From positions 45,074,001 through 45,138,000 of the forward strand of contig OZ024747.1 in assembly GCA_964016885.1 (NCBI GenBank): 64,000 nucleotides of DNA, written 5' to 3'. The position numbers were made by a program, and so were the translations under genes. This document shows, piece by piece, positions 1-14,648 of this stretch. Origin of the DNA: Eledone cirrhosa (lineage: Eukaryota). Under the pieces are notes generated by a model that worked only from the letters and a program-made list of their open reading frames with translations, ran no database searches and was not told where the DNA came from. The number at the start of each line of letters is the position of its first letter. Position 1 is the first letter of the stretch.

Positions 1-451
1 CAAGGAAAAGGGTGTCTGTGGTACTTTTACCTGACACAAACACAAACTGCATTTCGTTTAGAACAATTTGTTCTCTGATTAGTTCGCTATAACTTTTTCT
101 GTGACCTTCATGACCTGGTCAATTAATTTAATGCCTCTATAGTTTCCTCTATCTAGTGCATCTCCTTTAACCATGATGATGCTGCTACACCAGTCATTTG
201 GTATGACCCCGTTCTGTATGACTTGGTTTACTATCCGGGTGACCATAGTGTGTCCCACCATTCCAGATGCTTTCAGCATTTCAGCAACTATCTCCGAAGG
301 CCCAGCTGCCTTGCTTGTCTTCATATCTTTGATTGCCTTACTTATTATACTACCTTCAACTTGCACTGCTGGTCCCTCTATTGGATCAATGTGGGGCAGA
401 CTATCTTTGTCCCATTTATTCTCTTCATTTAGTAGCCTCTCGTAGTGACAC

Positions 452-455
<4 letters not shown>
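1..455 (-). mobile_element. RTE LINE fragment (subfamily b), region just N-terminal to and entering the RT domain
   Basis: ORF 79..501 [14 protein letters not shown]...KGDALDRGNYRGIKLIDQVMKV is nearly identical to the 47108..48781 protein; ends in (TA)n at 456. Confidence 0.9.
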
Positions 456-482
<27 letters not shown>

Positions 483-486
<4 letters not shown>

Positions 487-698
487 TAGCAAGAATCGCA
501 TTTCGGCTAGTGGAAATTAGCGAAAAACAACTTCTGAATTGTGTGGCAAGCGCTCGATAGATACGAGTGAACTAGTAAACTTGCTTAAAATTTAATCTGT
601 TATTTTAATAAATATTTGCTCCAGGGTTTTTATATATTTGATATATATTTATCCTTATCGAGCCCTCTTAGGATTTAGTCTTCAAATGTATTATTATT

Positions 699-700
<2 letters not shown>
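483..700. repeat. Dispersed non-coding repeat between (TA)n runs, possibly PLE terminal sequence
   Basis: 483-560 is the reverse complement of ~51890-51965; 585-700 is the reverse complement of ~52490-52610 and matches 44565-44615. Confidence 0.65.
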
Positions 701-737
<37 letters not shown>

Positions 738-741
<4 letters not shown>

Positions 742-860
742 ATGAATGGCAAAGCATAAACGAACTGAGAGGGAGACTGAGCATAAGAGGAATCAAATGC
801 TGTGTGCAGAAGAGGAGGATGCATTGGTATGGACATGTGTTGCGTATGAAGGATGATGAT
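738..860 (+). mobile_element. Short RTE LINE fragment (C-terminal region)
   Basis: QSINELRGRLSIRGIKCCVQKRRMHWYGHVLRMKDD matches the RTE C-terminus. Confidence 0.85.
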
Positions 861-1027
861 AGATATACTATTTATTTATGTTCATACATGGAACAAAATC
901 ACTTCCTTAGGTAGTGATTTTGTTCTCTGATTGAATGTAAATAAATAATATAATATATCTTCCCAATTGAGCATTGTTACCTTTTTCCCACCTACAGATA
1001 TTTTCTACACACACACACACACACATG

Positions 1028-2487
1028 TCATCATCATCATCATCACCGTTTTACGTCCGTTCTTCCACGCTAGCATGGGTTAGATGGGTTGTCCTGTTGT
1101 GGGCAGTGTCTGGTCGACTGACCATGCCTTGCTCATACAGGAACTGATTTGGCTTGATTTCTACAGCTGGATGCCCTTCCTAACACCAACCTCATTTACA
1201 GTGAGTGCTGGGTGCTTTTTCGTGGCGCCTACACGTCCACTTTACAGTGTGGGCTGGGTGCTTTTTTGCCGTGGCACCTCCACGACCACCTTGTGGTGGG
1301 GGGTGTGGGGGCATATTGTCTATATGCTTCAGCTTGTACCCATGGGAGGTCGGGTACTCTGTATTACTGCGTGACGCCAGAGGTCACGGTCGTGTGTCAT
1401 TGCTTTTGAGAGGTGTAATTGGGTAAGGTCGGCTTTTATCACCTCATCCCAGGTCATCTTGGGTCTCCCCACTCCGTGGTTTCCATCGACTTCTAGTGCT
1501 CTGCACCTTTTTATGCAGCTGTCATCCTTCATACGCTTCACATGTCCATACCAGCGCAACCGCCTCTCCTGCACACAGCATTTGATTCCTCTTATGCTCA
1601 GTCTCTCTCTCAATTCATTTATGTTTTGTCGTTCACGTATATTACTGTTACACATCCATCGGAGCATGCAGGCTTCGTTTCTCTCTAATCTACGTAAGTC
1701 TTCCACCTTCAGTGCCCAGGTCTCACTACCATGCAACATCGCTGTTCGGATACACGCATCATACAGTCTGCCTTTCATTCTGAGGGAGAAGCCTTTTGCA
1801 GCTAGCAGTGGTAGTAGTTCCCTAAACTTCTTCCATCCCGTTCTTACCCTAGTTATTGTACTTTCTGAACACCCACCTCCGCTGCTAATTCGGTCACCTA
1901 GGTAGCAGAAGCTGTCTACTGTTTCTACAGGGCCCTCCCAGAGATTGGTGGTACATGTCTCCTGTAGCTGTTTGCTGCTTGCTGTCCCAGCACAGCTGCT
2001 GCATGTGAAGCCTACATTCTTAATTAAGCTTCCTGAGATCCCGCTACATCTCTTGTGTACCCATTGTTTGCATTTGGGGCAGAGAAAAGAGTTCCTACCT
2101 ACACCTTTCCTACATACTGAGCAAGGCCATTTCCCTGAGGGGATCTGGGTTCTGTTTTCTCGTCTACTTACAAGGACCTTAGTCTTTGTCATGTTGACTT
2201 TGAGACCCTTTCTTTCTAGTCCCTGCTTCCAAGTTTGGAATTTCTTCTCTAGTTCTACCATAGATTCAGCTATACAGGTCATCAGCATACAGGTGTTCCC
2301 ATGGGCATCCGGTCTTAAACTCCTCCGTTATTGCCTGCAGGACTATGATGAACAGGAGGGGGCTAATAACAGAGCCCTGGTGGACCCCAACCTGTACGCT
2401 TAATTCCTTGCTATACTCATTGCTAATCCTAACTTTGCTGACTGCTCCCCTATACATGGCTTGTACCGCTTTCACAAGCCATTCATC
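1028..2487 (-). mobile_element. 5'-truncated RTE LINE (subfamily a) with frameshift, 3' UTR and (GAT)n tail
   Basis: ORFs 2266..2475 (QGSVISP, YADD) and 1329..2288; tail (CAT)n on + at 1028; very similar to 24797-27172. Confidence 0.95.
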
Positions 2488-4844
2488 GTGTGTGTGTGTG
2501 TATGTATATGTACCTGTGTGTATGTTTATGCATGCATGAGTTTGTCTATGTCTGTGTGTTTATGTAGTTGACACAATGCTGACAGTTCAAACAAGACTGG
2601 TGATGAGTGAAAGTATTAACCAAGCCAATCAGTAAAATATTGAATGATAAAATAGGTGGTAGACTTAAATGAGTCATGGGGTTGGTATGATTGACTACCC
2701 CCCCCCCCCAAGGCAAGTGCCCCAGCATAGTCACAATCCAATGACTAAAACCTATAAAAGAATAAAGTGTTTGTAAAAGAGCAATACAATAAAACATGAT
2801 ACTCATATATGTTTACTTTTATAAAAAATAATAATTTTAACCCTACTAATAAAATGCTATTTTTTATTCATGCAACCCCACCTCTTACCACCCAGCTATT
2901 TTTACATTTGTATATTATTGATTTCTAACACTGGTCATACAAGACCACTCTTTGGTGGAAGAGAACACAGTCAATTAAATTGATCCTATTGATTGACCAA
3001 TTCTATATTTTATCGACTATGGAAGAATGAAAGGAAAAATTGAACTTGGCAAGATTTGAACTAAGAATGTAAAGAACTGTAATTGAATGACACAAGATTT
3101 TAACAATTCTGTCAATCTACAGACTTGGTATTGTAAAATGTCAACAAGTTATCAGATATCTTTAGAAGTTCACAGTAATAATTTTTCTTGATGGAGGAAA
3201 AAGAGCTTTTGAGATAAATTATAGAGAAACTTAGGAGATGGAAGAGATAGCATGAAGTGGAGATGGATGCCGCAACATTGTTTGTTGTATTTTAGACACA
3301 GGTCAGCCTTGGTCAAACAGCAAGATATTTCTAACATAACCATCCTGTCTTTATTTAAATATGATATATCATAAGGTGGTGTTTTCGATTCCTGGCAGCA
3401 TGTTGTGTCATTCAACAAGACACTATTTCATATTGTTCCATTTCACTCTGCTGGGAAAAATGAGTTGTATTCTAAATCAAAAGGTCAGCCTTGTTACATA
3501 CTGTGCTATGCTGTATCTCCTTGAGGAGAATGTTAAGAATGCTCATGTCTGTGGAATGCCCAGAATTACACAATATCACAAGCAGACAGTTCCATTGTTC
3601 AAACAAAGAAAACACTCTTCATCAAACCACCTGAGTTCCTACACACATACACATCTGGAAGTACATTATCTAATATGTCCTTTTTAAGTTCATAGGATGT
3701 GATCTAAAAGAGATTTAGCTGTTATTTTGGGGAATTATGGAGAAAATTTCCAAATAAATGGAACATGCAGAGTTAAAGACACTTCTTACAAGAAAATTAC
3801 TTATGAAGAAGATGAGAATCTAAGAAATAATAATCAGTTTAGAAGTAAGTCAAGAAAAAGTCTCCAGTTTTAATAATATTCATATTGTATGGTCCTGGTC
3901 TACACTGACAAATTCATATAAGACAAATCAGAGTCATGTGATGCAAAACACTTAAATATATCAACTAATATTGTACATCAAATAACTAAATTCTCTGACT
4001 AAACTTGGCAGATAAGGCTAGATATGGCTCCTGATTAATGGCCATAAAGTCACAGAATTGAAGGCAGCAAATTTCAGATCAGAAGCCATAATAGTTATTG
4101 TTTGCAGACTCTACCACGAAACTAACTCTTTGTAATTTCATAATTCTGTAAAGTATTTCCTGTTCAACTTTAAAACCACTTGATATCTCTTCAAAACTAT
4201 AATCAAATTCTTCAGCGAATGTACAAAAGAACTTTTCGTAGACAAAAGAAATCATGAGAAGATTATTAATAGGTTTTAATACAATATATATTAACAATTA
4301 CTGTTGTGTCCTGATATAATTGCTTCCTACCATATACACCAGGTCATGATGATAATGAATAGATTGGATCAGAAATATTTTGGGAAATACATCTCTTATT
4401 TATGCTAAGTACTTAGGAAATCTTGTACTAGTATAACTCTCATTTTTACCTGACCAACCTACAAGATCAATGATTTGCAATTTTCCATTAATTTTGCAGC
4501 ACTGAAACAATCTAAGGACTTTCATTTGTTCTTATTTTAGAGGAGATAACGACATCACTAAAACCCCACCAACAACAACAACAACAACAGGCAACAAATT
4601 ATATTCTTAAAAGGAAATCATTTGTAAAAATTTTATTTAAAATAGAGTATTGTGTACAGATTATCCTATATTTAGAAAGATAAGCTATAATCAATTTAGC
4701 AAATAAAAATATGAAATATTAAAGATACTTTAAATGAACAAAATTGATGAACGCTATTACAAAACCAAGAAGTAAATGTACAAAGCAAAAACAAAAATGA
4801 AGAATAAGCATAAAACAATTAGTTTTATAATTTTATATTTACAA

Positions 4845-4997
4845 TATATGGGCGGAGGTGGTTTGAGCAGATCTCAGATCACTGAAGCTCACGGTGGAGA
4901 TGACGAAGGACCATGACAAATGGAGAGATGCTGGGCTGAATAGGACCCGTCCCACCCCTGCAAGCAGGGAAAAGCGGACATAAAATGATGATGATGA
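4845..4997 (+). mobile_element. Very short RTE-type 3' end
   Basis: W-x-EVVxxDLR...MTKDHDKWR-like coding remnant followed by cccacccctgcaagcagggaaaagcggacataaaatgatgatgatg tail. Confidence 0.7.
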
Positions 4998-5726
4998 ATA
5001 TAATTGAGTAGTTGAGGTAGTTAACACCTCTTACTTTCCATGACTTCTTCACATTGTAGTAAGGACACTGCCCACCAAATAAAATTAAAATAAGTCATAA
5101 AATATAGAAAGCAAATGATTTCTATCTTCTACATCTATTAACTTCACTGAGGAGTAGAGAATACTTAGTGGAAGGGAATTAACATGATTTCTTTGGCACA
5201 ATATCTGAAGAACGTGGGCACAAGTCATATCTTCAATGATCAGAAGAGTTACCATATATACACATATCAAGAGATATGGGACAAAACAAAATCGATGATA
5301 AAATTGGGGCGGATTAGACTTATATATACATGGTCAATATTTGGCCATTTTCATCAATTTCAACATTTACATAAAAAGGGGGCCAAAGTATCTGAAGTGA
5401 TTGGTCTACAATAAAATACTCTTTTACTACGCCTTAGAAACATTTTTACAGATACACATACTCAGACACACAGGAAAGTTCAGAGAGAGAGGGGGGAGTA
5501 AGAGGGTAAGAAAGAAGAAGATGTTTCTATTATCTGCCAAAAGGAAGTAAACAAAATTACAAGAAACTTGTTGATACTTTATAAAATGAATGAAATGGTA
5601 AAAAAGATTGTGTGACAAAAACTGTACTCTAAATAACATTTAGAAACATTTTAAATATCAAAATATTAAAACACCCTAAAAATATTTTCCTCTCGTAGGG
5701 CTTTACAAAACTGTTTCATCTAAACA

Positions 5727-5918
5727 TAATTATTTCTACTTTTGGCACAAGGCCAGCAATTATCCCAGTGTATTACAGGTACTTTATTTTATCGACCCCG
5801 TAAGGATGAAAGGCAAAGTTAACCTCGGTGGGATTTGAACTCAGACCATAAAGGGCCGTAACTCTTTGCTGCAAAGCATGGTGTCCGACCCTCTACCGAT
5901 ACTGCCAATCCACCACCC
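5727..5918 (-). mobile_element. SINE family A (tRNA-like head, conserved central domain)
   Basis: Reverse complement has A-box TGGCAGTATCGG, B-box GAGTTCAAATCC, then gcctttcatccttacggggtcgataaaataaagtacc; more than 20 copies in the window. Confidence 0.9.
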
Positions 5919-6442
5919 ATTTAAACATAATGTGTTGACTGGTTGTCTAAGCTTATCACAGGGTATGGATTTTTGCCCATTTCCCAGAGATAAAATAGAG
6001 GATGAGGTTGGTTTATATTCAGAGTGCTTTATACACGATTATATATGGTAATAAGAATAATTTACCACAGAAAATTAGTCAAACCATTAATTCATTGATT
6101 TGTATATTTAATCAACTAAAATCTCTCAAGAATATTATTCACTGTTAGTGCCTTTAAATCTATAATGACTTACTATCATTAAATGTATGTTTATTGTAAA
6201 ATTCAAATCTTTACAGTACAGCTTCCATCACCAATGAACAGCATGTCACATGGTAAATAATTTTGAAATAATTTCAGATAATAGAATTACTTGCACATTA
6301 TAATGTTGCTTAAATGTTGGAAGTTGTTAAAGCTGATCCAAGCTTTCAACTTTGTTATTGTTTTCCCATAAGAACATAGTATCTGAAACATCAAGAATAA
6401 TTTACAACAGGAATTAAAGGTTTAATCGACTGTAGTCATTAA

Positions 6443-6645
6443 CCCTTTGGTATTTAAACCAGCCATATCCAGCCAGAATTATCTCACTTTTTTCTGTTCA
6501 AACCGGTCATAACTGGCTGCTCATACTGACGTTAAGTTATTATTCTCAAAATAAATGGCATCAAAATTTGTAAATTCGATATTGTGTGAGATAATTTCCA
6601 CAAAACACAATAGTATATATATAGAGTAATGTAAATGCTAAAGGG
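6443..6645. mobile_element. piggyBac-like MITE
   Basis: TTAA|ccctttggtattta ... taaatgctaaaggg|TTAC terminal inverted repeats; related copies at ~57188-57406 (inverted) and ~61641-61830. Confidence 0.65.
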
Positions 6646-8069
6646 TTACTCTTTGATATTCCCTTTGCTCGATGAAAGAGTTCACATTTATTACCAGTTT
6701 TAATTGGTACCAAAAAAAGAAATAGGAAGTTTATAAAATCTCTATGGAATTTCTTAGTCAACTCAGTGGATATTATTTCATTTCCTAATTCGCAGATATA
6801 TGATTATACCATTCTAGCCATCTTTACATACATAGTTCTTCTGTGTAGCCATATTTCTTATGTTTAAATATAGTAGTGTATAATTTAAGAGCTTTAGTTG
6901 CTATTTCTAGCAGGTTTTTGTTTGTGTTTGTGCTTATGCCACACAACCTTGCAAAAAGAGTACCAGACTTGAAAAATACAAACTCAGGTTGATATAATCA
7001 ATGAAATAAAGGCAATGTCCCAGCATAGCAACAATTTAATGACTGAAATCAGTAAAAGAATGAATATCTCTACATGAATAAGGGTTTGGTTTGTTTGAAA
7101 GCAATCAGAATATTGTACCCTACTGCATTTGAGAGATAATGGGGCTACTGTACAAATTCATGTCTTTGTAAGAATGCTCTATTGAAATAAGAATTACTGA
7201 TATATTTCCCTGTATCTAGTTATATATATTTTACATATACCCACACAGAATTTTATGCTTTGCATTCATTATTCCTTGTTAATACCACCAATATTCAAAT
7301 TTTTAAATTTTATTTTTAATATATCTAAAATTCTTAATAACATTTCTTATCTTTTAAGTCACATATTTAAATATAACATAATTCTTATTTTAATATTTCA
7401 TTAATACCATCATAATAGCGTTTCTTATCTTTTAAGTCTTGTATTATTAGCTAACATACAGAGATAGTACATATGAATGGTTTTAAAAATGAAAGAAAGG
7501 GTAACATCTGCGAATAGTGACAATGCAGGAAAGCAAACACACACGACATTGACATGAACATTGGGATATATATACATTAAAGAAAGATTAATCAAAACCA
7601 ATACGATAATTATTTATATTACATCTAAGAAACCAACAGAGAGGCAATTTGCTCGTGGTATACTGAAAAGGAAACATTTTCTTCTTAGTTCATCGAAGAA
7701 AGGTTGCCTATAAGAATAATTAAGATCAAACATATTACTTTAGAAATACATTCATTTATATCTGTTAAATACAATATAAGTCTTTATTTTACTTTTAATT
7801 GTTTATCTTATATTTAATTGCCATACCTTAAAGGTGTTACATTGCTATGAAGTGGGTGGTAGATATATAATGATTGGATCAGTAAGGATCATGAAGTAAA
7901 AGAGTTTACTGATTACTATCATCAGTTAGTATATCTTTATTCTTTAATGTTATTACCTGTACAAGTCAATGGACTGTGACCATGCGGGGGGGTACTCTCT
8001 TCAAGGAATATGGTTTATTATGCCTCGTACCTTATGCCTTGTACTTATTTTATCACTCGCTAAGTTATA

Positions 8070-8400
8070 GTACATAAACAATCACAAGAACAGACACAAG
8101 TATGTATACAAATATGAGATGAAACAAGCACAAGGAGGATGTCCCCCACCTGCCATTATGCCCCTCTAACCTCAACTTTCCTCCATCCACCATAAACCAG
8201 AAAAAACCAAGAGGTAGTACAACTCTCAGATTCTGTACACCCCAACACATACACACAATCTGCCAGTATACTCCTGATTTCTTCATCCAATCCATACTTG
8301 CATGAACCTTAACTGCTTCACCTTCCCTGTTGAACCCTTGCATCCCTGAAATGTTCCCAGTCTAACCCAGGCCACAATGGAAATCCAGATACATGACACA
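8070..8400 (+). mobile_element. Possible decayed CR1/L2-type LINE 3' end
   Basis: Translation RGSTTLRFCTPQHIHT...DFFIQSILA* resembles the CR1 C-terminal TRGH..F..P...T....SFF..I..WN pattern; weak. Confidence 0.3.
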
Positions 8401-8789
8401 ATAACAGAAACCATGCACTTGCTCCAACCCAGGCTAGTATTAACGGTCAGATATGCTCCACTATGTCCGACATCGCCCACCCACTTGTTCCAAAGCCCCC
8501 CTTAATCTGGTGCCTCCCCACCTCCTTTGTATGTAGCATCTAAACCCCACCACCACACATACATTTAGAACATCAAGAGAAGCCAAGCCACTATACCTCA
8601 GAAGGTCACCTCCATGATTCCACTCCATCCTCTGGCAGTGCAATATCCGTATCTCAACCCCCATCAATACCTCCGCAGCCAGTCCAAGGACATTCAACAC
8701 CCTAGTGTTATAATGAGGTAGTACTGGTATTAATATAAAAACACCCTGTCCAACCTAAAAAATGGTGGTACCAGAGTATGATCAAATGC

Positions 8790-8963
8790 TCACAGTACAT
8801 GCTGTAAAGTGGTTGGCGTAAGGAAGGGCTTCTACTAACAGAAACCAATCCAAAGTGAAGTGTATGAGCAAGGCCTAGCAAGCTGATCGAGCAGGCCTCA
8901 GTGTGTGACAGCCAACTAACTCATGCAAACATGGAAAATAGTCGTTAAACGATGATGGTAATG

Positions 8964-8965
<2 letters not shown>
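8790..8965 (+). mobile_element. RTE 3'-tail-derived repeat
   Basis: ctgtaaagtggttggcgtaaggaagggc...catgcaaacatggaaaatagtcgttaaacgatgatg matches the RTE 3' UTR/tail. Confidence 0.7.
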
Positions 8966-9013
<48 letters not shown>

Positions 9014-9207
9014 ATTATAATAATAATAATAGTGAGTAAAATCGAAGTTGCACCTGCGATTAGCAGTTTCGAAATCAATCTTCTGAGGCTGGCATAAAGC
9101 ACTCAATGAGGGAAATCGATAAATTGATAAATTATAGCTCAGAGTAATAAGAATACGTCAGGGGTGTGACACTGAAAATTGTGACCGATATATATATATA
9201 TATATAT

Positions 9208-9357
9208 GACAGGCTTCCACACAGTTTCTGTTTATCAAATTTCTGTCAGTAGGCATTGGTCTACCTAAAGCTATAGTAGAGGACACTTGCCTGAGATGCC
9301 ACACAGCTGGAGTGAATCCAAAACAACATGGTTGCAAAGCAACTTCTTTAGCCACAC
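9208..9357 (-). mobile_element. SINE family C (decayed tRNA head)
   Basis: Reverse complement tgtggctaaagaagttgc...ggattcactcc...caagtgtcctctactatagc; related copies near 11770-11930, 43445-43610 and 59595-59750. Confidence 0.55.
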
Positions 9358-11989
9358 AATGAGGCTTTTCGTATTATATACTTTTTTTTTTTAGTTAAAA
9401 GACCATTTTAATACATTTAGCCATTTAACAAACATATTAGAAGGAAACTATGGCACCACTTGTGGCATGTGTTTCTCCAACTTTTTTTCCTTTTTACATA
9501 AATTTTGAAATTTAAATTGTGATTATTTGTAAGTGTTCTATTGAAATAAGATATATATTTATATTTATTTATTTTAGTACACAAACGTAATACTTAGTAT
9601 GTATTAAACCTTTGTCAGGAAAACCTGAAAATCTAGTATTCTGAGTCACCTCCAGTCCCAAGTTTCCAGGATAAACAGTTTAATGCCTGTAATATTTATA
9701 CATTGCTTTTGTAACACATCGTTTATTATACATTTTATCATTATCTAATACTATATGAATTTTTATATTTCAGTATTTTATTTTTCTCATCATCATTACA
9801 ATTTAATCATTTAGGAGTTACAGGCTCACACACATATATTTTTATATACATTTGTGTGTGTGTGTGTGTGTTTTTCAACATGAATGTATGTTTACTCACA
9901 AAAACATAAAATAATTATACACTGCATACTCAACCACACACATATAATATTAGCTTTCTTATTCCAAGGAAAATCAACATTCAATTTCTTATTGAAAGAG
10001 AGAGAAATAGATTGTCTAAATATATATATATATATATAGTTACACAACCTATGTGTGTGTGTATATATATACACACACATACACACACATATATATAGAT
10101 ATATATGAATGTGTGTGAGTGTGTGTGTGTGTGTGCATATATACATATATAAATATATATGAGAGAGACAGAGAAGGTAAGAGATGTGAAGGGGGAAAAG
10201 AACTGGAGTGTGTCTGTGTTCAAAAGAAAGAATGATTTCCATGTTTATGTATCTCTTTGTTTAAAGTAGCCATTATTTCCTTTGAAATGCTTTGTTCTGG
10301 GAGCATTTGAGGACAGTCGAATAGGTTATAAAGGATATATATCCTTTGAACTACTTTGAAAATCACTGATAATAAACAGCTAAAGATTTATCAGAATTTC
10401 CTCATTATTATAAGCCATTCTTTGATTTTCATACTCAAACATGCCTTATCAATTTTGGTGGGAGGTTAATTTTGGAAAATAATAATAAATTTCTCAATAT
10501 TCTATGATAAGCTTCAGATAAATATAATAGCGTTGAGTTAATAAATTGTAAAATTTCTTGACCTTTACAAGTAGAAAATAAGAGATTCTATTAATAGAGT
10601 AAAATAATATAGCTTTATAGTTTCACCTAAAGTTTTTCCATGGTTTTAGATATGATAGCTCAATCACGAAATATGAAACATTAGTTTTTAAGACTTTGAT
10701 TTCAGACCTGAGTAGAAATATATGTATATCTTATCAGATATGAACAATAAATCAGAAGACAGAATCAGATTCTTTAAAACCATGCCAGGAAATTTGGATA
10801 AAAACTGATTAGTTTATGAAAAGCAGGAGAGAAAATAAGCAAAGTGCAAGAATGCACAGACTAAAAAGTATTTTTGAAGTGCACAAAATATTGAGTACTA
10901 TAGAGGAAACATGACTGGGAAGGGGGGATATTTTGTTGTGTTTTTGAGTGGAAAGAAAGTAGAAATAAAGTCTCAGGAAAAAATAACAGAAAACTGACCA
11001 TTTTGTAAAGAAAAAGGTCACAAGCAAAAACTGTATTCCAATTAAATACCATAAAGAAATTGAATAACCCTGACACATTGAGAAAATTATAAATTTGAAA
11101 AGTAGTGTCCTAACACAGATGACTATAAAAACAGTTGATTATTATAAATAAATGTTAGAAAGATTGGGTGACGTCCCCTTGGGCAAAGAATGTACATCTG
11201 TCCACCTTTTCTGTCTCCAGGCGTTTTTTACTCAATGTTTTCAACTAATATTTATAGTGACAGATTATTATTAAAATCATTTGTGTTGGGAAGACTACCT
11301 TTTGAATTTAAACAAATAGTATTTTAGTTATTAACTGACAATACATGACTGGTTCAAAATGACAACACAATTAATATCATAACATTTAACGTATGCAGAA
11401 AAAAATAACAACACATTTTATTCAATATTTCAAATAAAACAATGAAACACAAAAACAAAATAAGCATTAAATCAATCATTTATTGAATTTCTTTTCCTGA
11501 AACATATTGTTTGTTAGTTTTTTTTCTGTGATTTTTGTCTTTGGTTTGTTAAAACAGACAAGATTCTAGGTATCATATATTTACACATACTACGAAAGCA
11601 GTACATAGTAGTGTATGTTCTGTCTCCTTAAACTGAATAAATGAGATATATTTACACATAAAAAATGTGTTTGGTACATGCTTATACCACTTCTTGTTTG
11701 TTTCCACATTGAAGTGTTGCCATTGTATAGTGGACATAGCTGCAAACTTGATTTTGTCTGTGAATATCACAGCATGACTAAATAGTTAAGGGGTTCACTT
11801 CAGAATCATTAAGTCTCAGGTTCAATCACACTGCATGGCACCTTAGGTTAGATTAATTTATCATAGTCTTGTGTTGACCTGTGCCTTGTGAGTGAAATTG
11901 GGCATGCAAACTGTTTAGAATTGCATCAATGAACTGTACCAGTAATTCAAAGGGTCAGCTCTATCTCACAAACACACTCTGTCATCAAC

Positions 11990-12180
11990 TCTTCATCATC
12001 ATCATCACCATCATCGTTTAACTTCTATCTTCCATGCTAGCATGGGTTAGAAAGGTTTGTCCCATTTAGAGGCAAGTTGGGTGAAATGCCTGTGTCTCGC
12101 CCATATAGAACTGCTTCTAGCTGGTTTTTTAAGGCTGGATGCCCTTCCTAATGCCAACCACATTTACAGTGTGTCTTGTA
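11990..12180 (-). mobile_element. RTE 3' tail fragment
   Basis: (CAT)n gtttaacttctatcttccatgctagcatggg...ggctggatgcccttcctaatgccaaccac. Confidence 0.75.
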
Positions 12181-12280
12181 GTATCAAAAGCAATGTTGAC
12201 TTTGATAGAATGTGAACTCAGAATGGAAAGGACACTAACTAAATAACACAAGAAATTTTGTCTTACTACCCTGATATTGT

Positions 12281-13345
12281 AATAATTGTTTCTACTTTTG
12301 GCACAAGGCCAGCAATTAACCCAGTACATTACTGCTACTTTATTTTATCGACCACTTAAGGATGAAAGGCAAAGTTAAACTCTTTGTTGTAAAGCAAGGC
12401 GTCCGACCCTCTACCAATACTGCCAATCCACCGCCTGATATTGTAATAATAATGATTTCTTATATAGGCACAAGGCCAGTAATTTGGGGGAGGGGGAAGT
12501 CAATTAAATCGACCCCAGTACATTACTGGTACTTTATTTTATCGACCCCGTAAGGATGAAAGGCAAAGTTAACCTCGGTGGGATTTGAATTCAGAATGGA
12601 AAGGGCCGTAACTCTATGTATCAAAGCATGGTGTCCGACCCTCTACCGATACTGCCAATCCACCGCCCTTGTGATATTGTAATAATAATGGTTTCTACTT
12701 TAGGCACAAGGCCAACAAATTTTTGGGAGGGGAAAGTCAATTAAATCAACCCAAGTACATTACTGGTACGTTATTTTATCGACCCCCATAAGGATGAAAG
12801 GCAAAGCTAACCTCAGTGGGATTTGAACTGAAAATGAAAAGGGACATAACTCTATACTGTCAATCCACCGGTATTTTTAAAATAATTAACATCATAAATC
12901 ATTATTTGTGGATTGGCAGTATCGGTAGAGTCGAACACCATGCTTTGCAGCATAGAGTTACGGTCCTTTACATTCTGAGTTCAAATCCCGCCGAAGTTAA
13001 CTTTGCCTTTATCCTTACGGAGTCGATAATATAAAGTACCCAGTAATACACTGTGGTCAATTTAATCGACTTTCCCCTCCCCCAGAATTGTTGGCCTTGT
13101 GCCTAAATGAGAAACCATTATTGTTAATAAAAAAAGGGTGGTGGATTGGCAGTATCGGTAGAGGGTCGGACACCATGCTTTCCAGCATAGTTACGTCTCT
13201 TTACGATCTGAGTTCAAATCCTGCTGAGGTTAGCTTTGCCTTTCATCCTTACAGGGTCAATAACATTTGCAACTAGGGTCGATTTAATCGACTTTCCCCT
13301 CCTCTTCAAATTACTGGCCTTGTGCCTAAAGTAGAAACAATTATT
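12281..13345. mobile_element. Cluster of five SINE A copies (three on -, two on +)
   Basis: Copies at ~12281-12435, 12445-12668 and 12680-12870 (-); 12909-13120 and 13135-13345 (+). Confidence 0.9.
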
Positions 13346-14088
13346 AATATTAATAATAATAATTCCAGTTGTAATGGATGAAGTAACAGTGTAGATATGT
13401 TCATCATCATCCTCATTTTTACATCAAATTTTTCAAGCTGAGATAGGCTGGAAAGAAGTTTTGAAGCAATGTTTTACAGCCAGATGCCCTTCCTGACACT
13501 TAACACTTTTAGTCACTGATTATGACATGAAAGGATATGGTGTAGTCATTCTGAACTAAATACATATCTGCATGAAATAATTAATTAATCTTTTAATTAA
13601 TTAAACCTATGCTGTAAACTTCTTTACACATAACATGTCAGTGGTGGAACTCTCATCATTATGATATCATTTTTTGTTTTTGTTGTTTTATTATGCTTCC
13701 TGATTTGAGTGTTAAACATAGATTTTTGTATGTCAATATTAATAAGGATTTGCTCTTGTGTTGGTAAATATTGGAACCATCAAGTTTTGATGGAAAATAA
13801 ATAAATATAAAGAAGAATCTTATTTAATCTGTTTTCTCAGTAAAATTGCTATAGGCATTAGTTGGCACCAATTGAAATTTGTTGGAAAATTTTGTTTTTA
13901 AGTTTCTATAATAGATGTATGTTTTCAAAGCGAAGTGGTTAGGATGTCCTGGGAAAAGAATCTCTGGACAAATTTGTGGGCAAAACATATTGCACCATTT
14001 ATACAGGTCATTGAGCACTTCTTTTTATCTGCTTTACAGTCTAACGACCATAATGTGGCCCGCATATCCCTGGTAGTTTAACCTCATA

Positions 14089-14092
<4 letters not shown>

Positions 14093-14184
<92 letters not shown>
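14093..14184. repeat. (TA)n microsatellite
   Basis: Pure TA run. Confidence 0.98.
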
Positions 14185-14185
<1 letters not shown>

Positions 14186-14290
14186 CAGTTCTGTGTGAAT
14201 AAATCACGGTTCCCTGACCTGATCTCTCACAAATGGACAGCCCGTCCTACACATGCTAGCATGGAGGATGGACATTAAATGATGATGATG

Positions 14291-14328
<38 letters not shown>

Positions 14329-14380
14329 AATGAGAGGTACAGAGATTGTTTTAGCAAGAAATATATATATATATATATAG

Positions 14381-14599
14381 TGAAGGCGTGTGGCTGAGTG
14401 GTTAGAGTATTGGATTCACAATCGTGAGGTTGTGAGTTCGATTCCTGAACCAGGTGATGCGTTATGTCCTTGAGCAAGACACTTTATTTCACGTTGCTCC
14501 TTCTACCTGGAGTTGCGACCGATAGATAGTATTAGCAATTGGAAAGACCAACGGAAACATAGTTTCCTCGGTCCGATTTGACGAAAGTCGATCGACTAG

Positions 14600-14600
<1 letters not shown>
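14381..14600 (+). mobile_element. SINE family B head with alternative tail
   Basis: ggcgtgtggctgagtggttagag...gagttcgattcc (A/B boxes), gtccttgagcaagacactt; the same tail occurs at 36009-36330. Confidence 0.8.
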
Positions 14601-14648
<48 letters not shown>
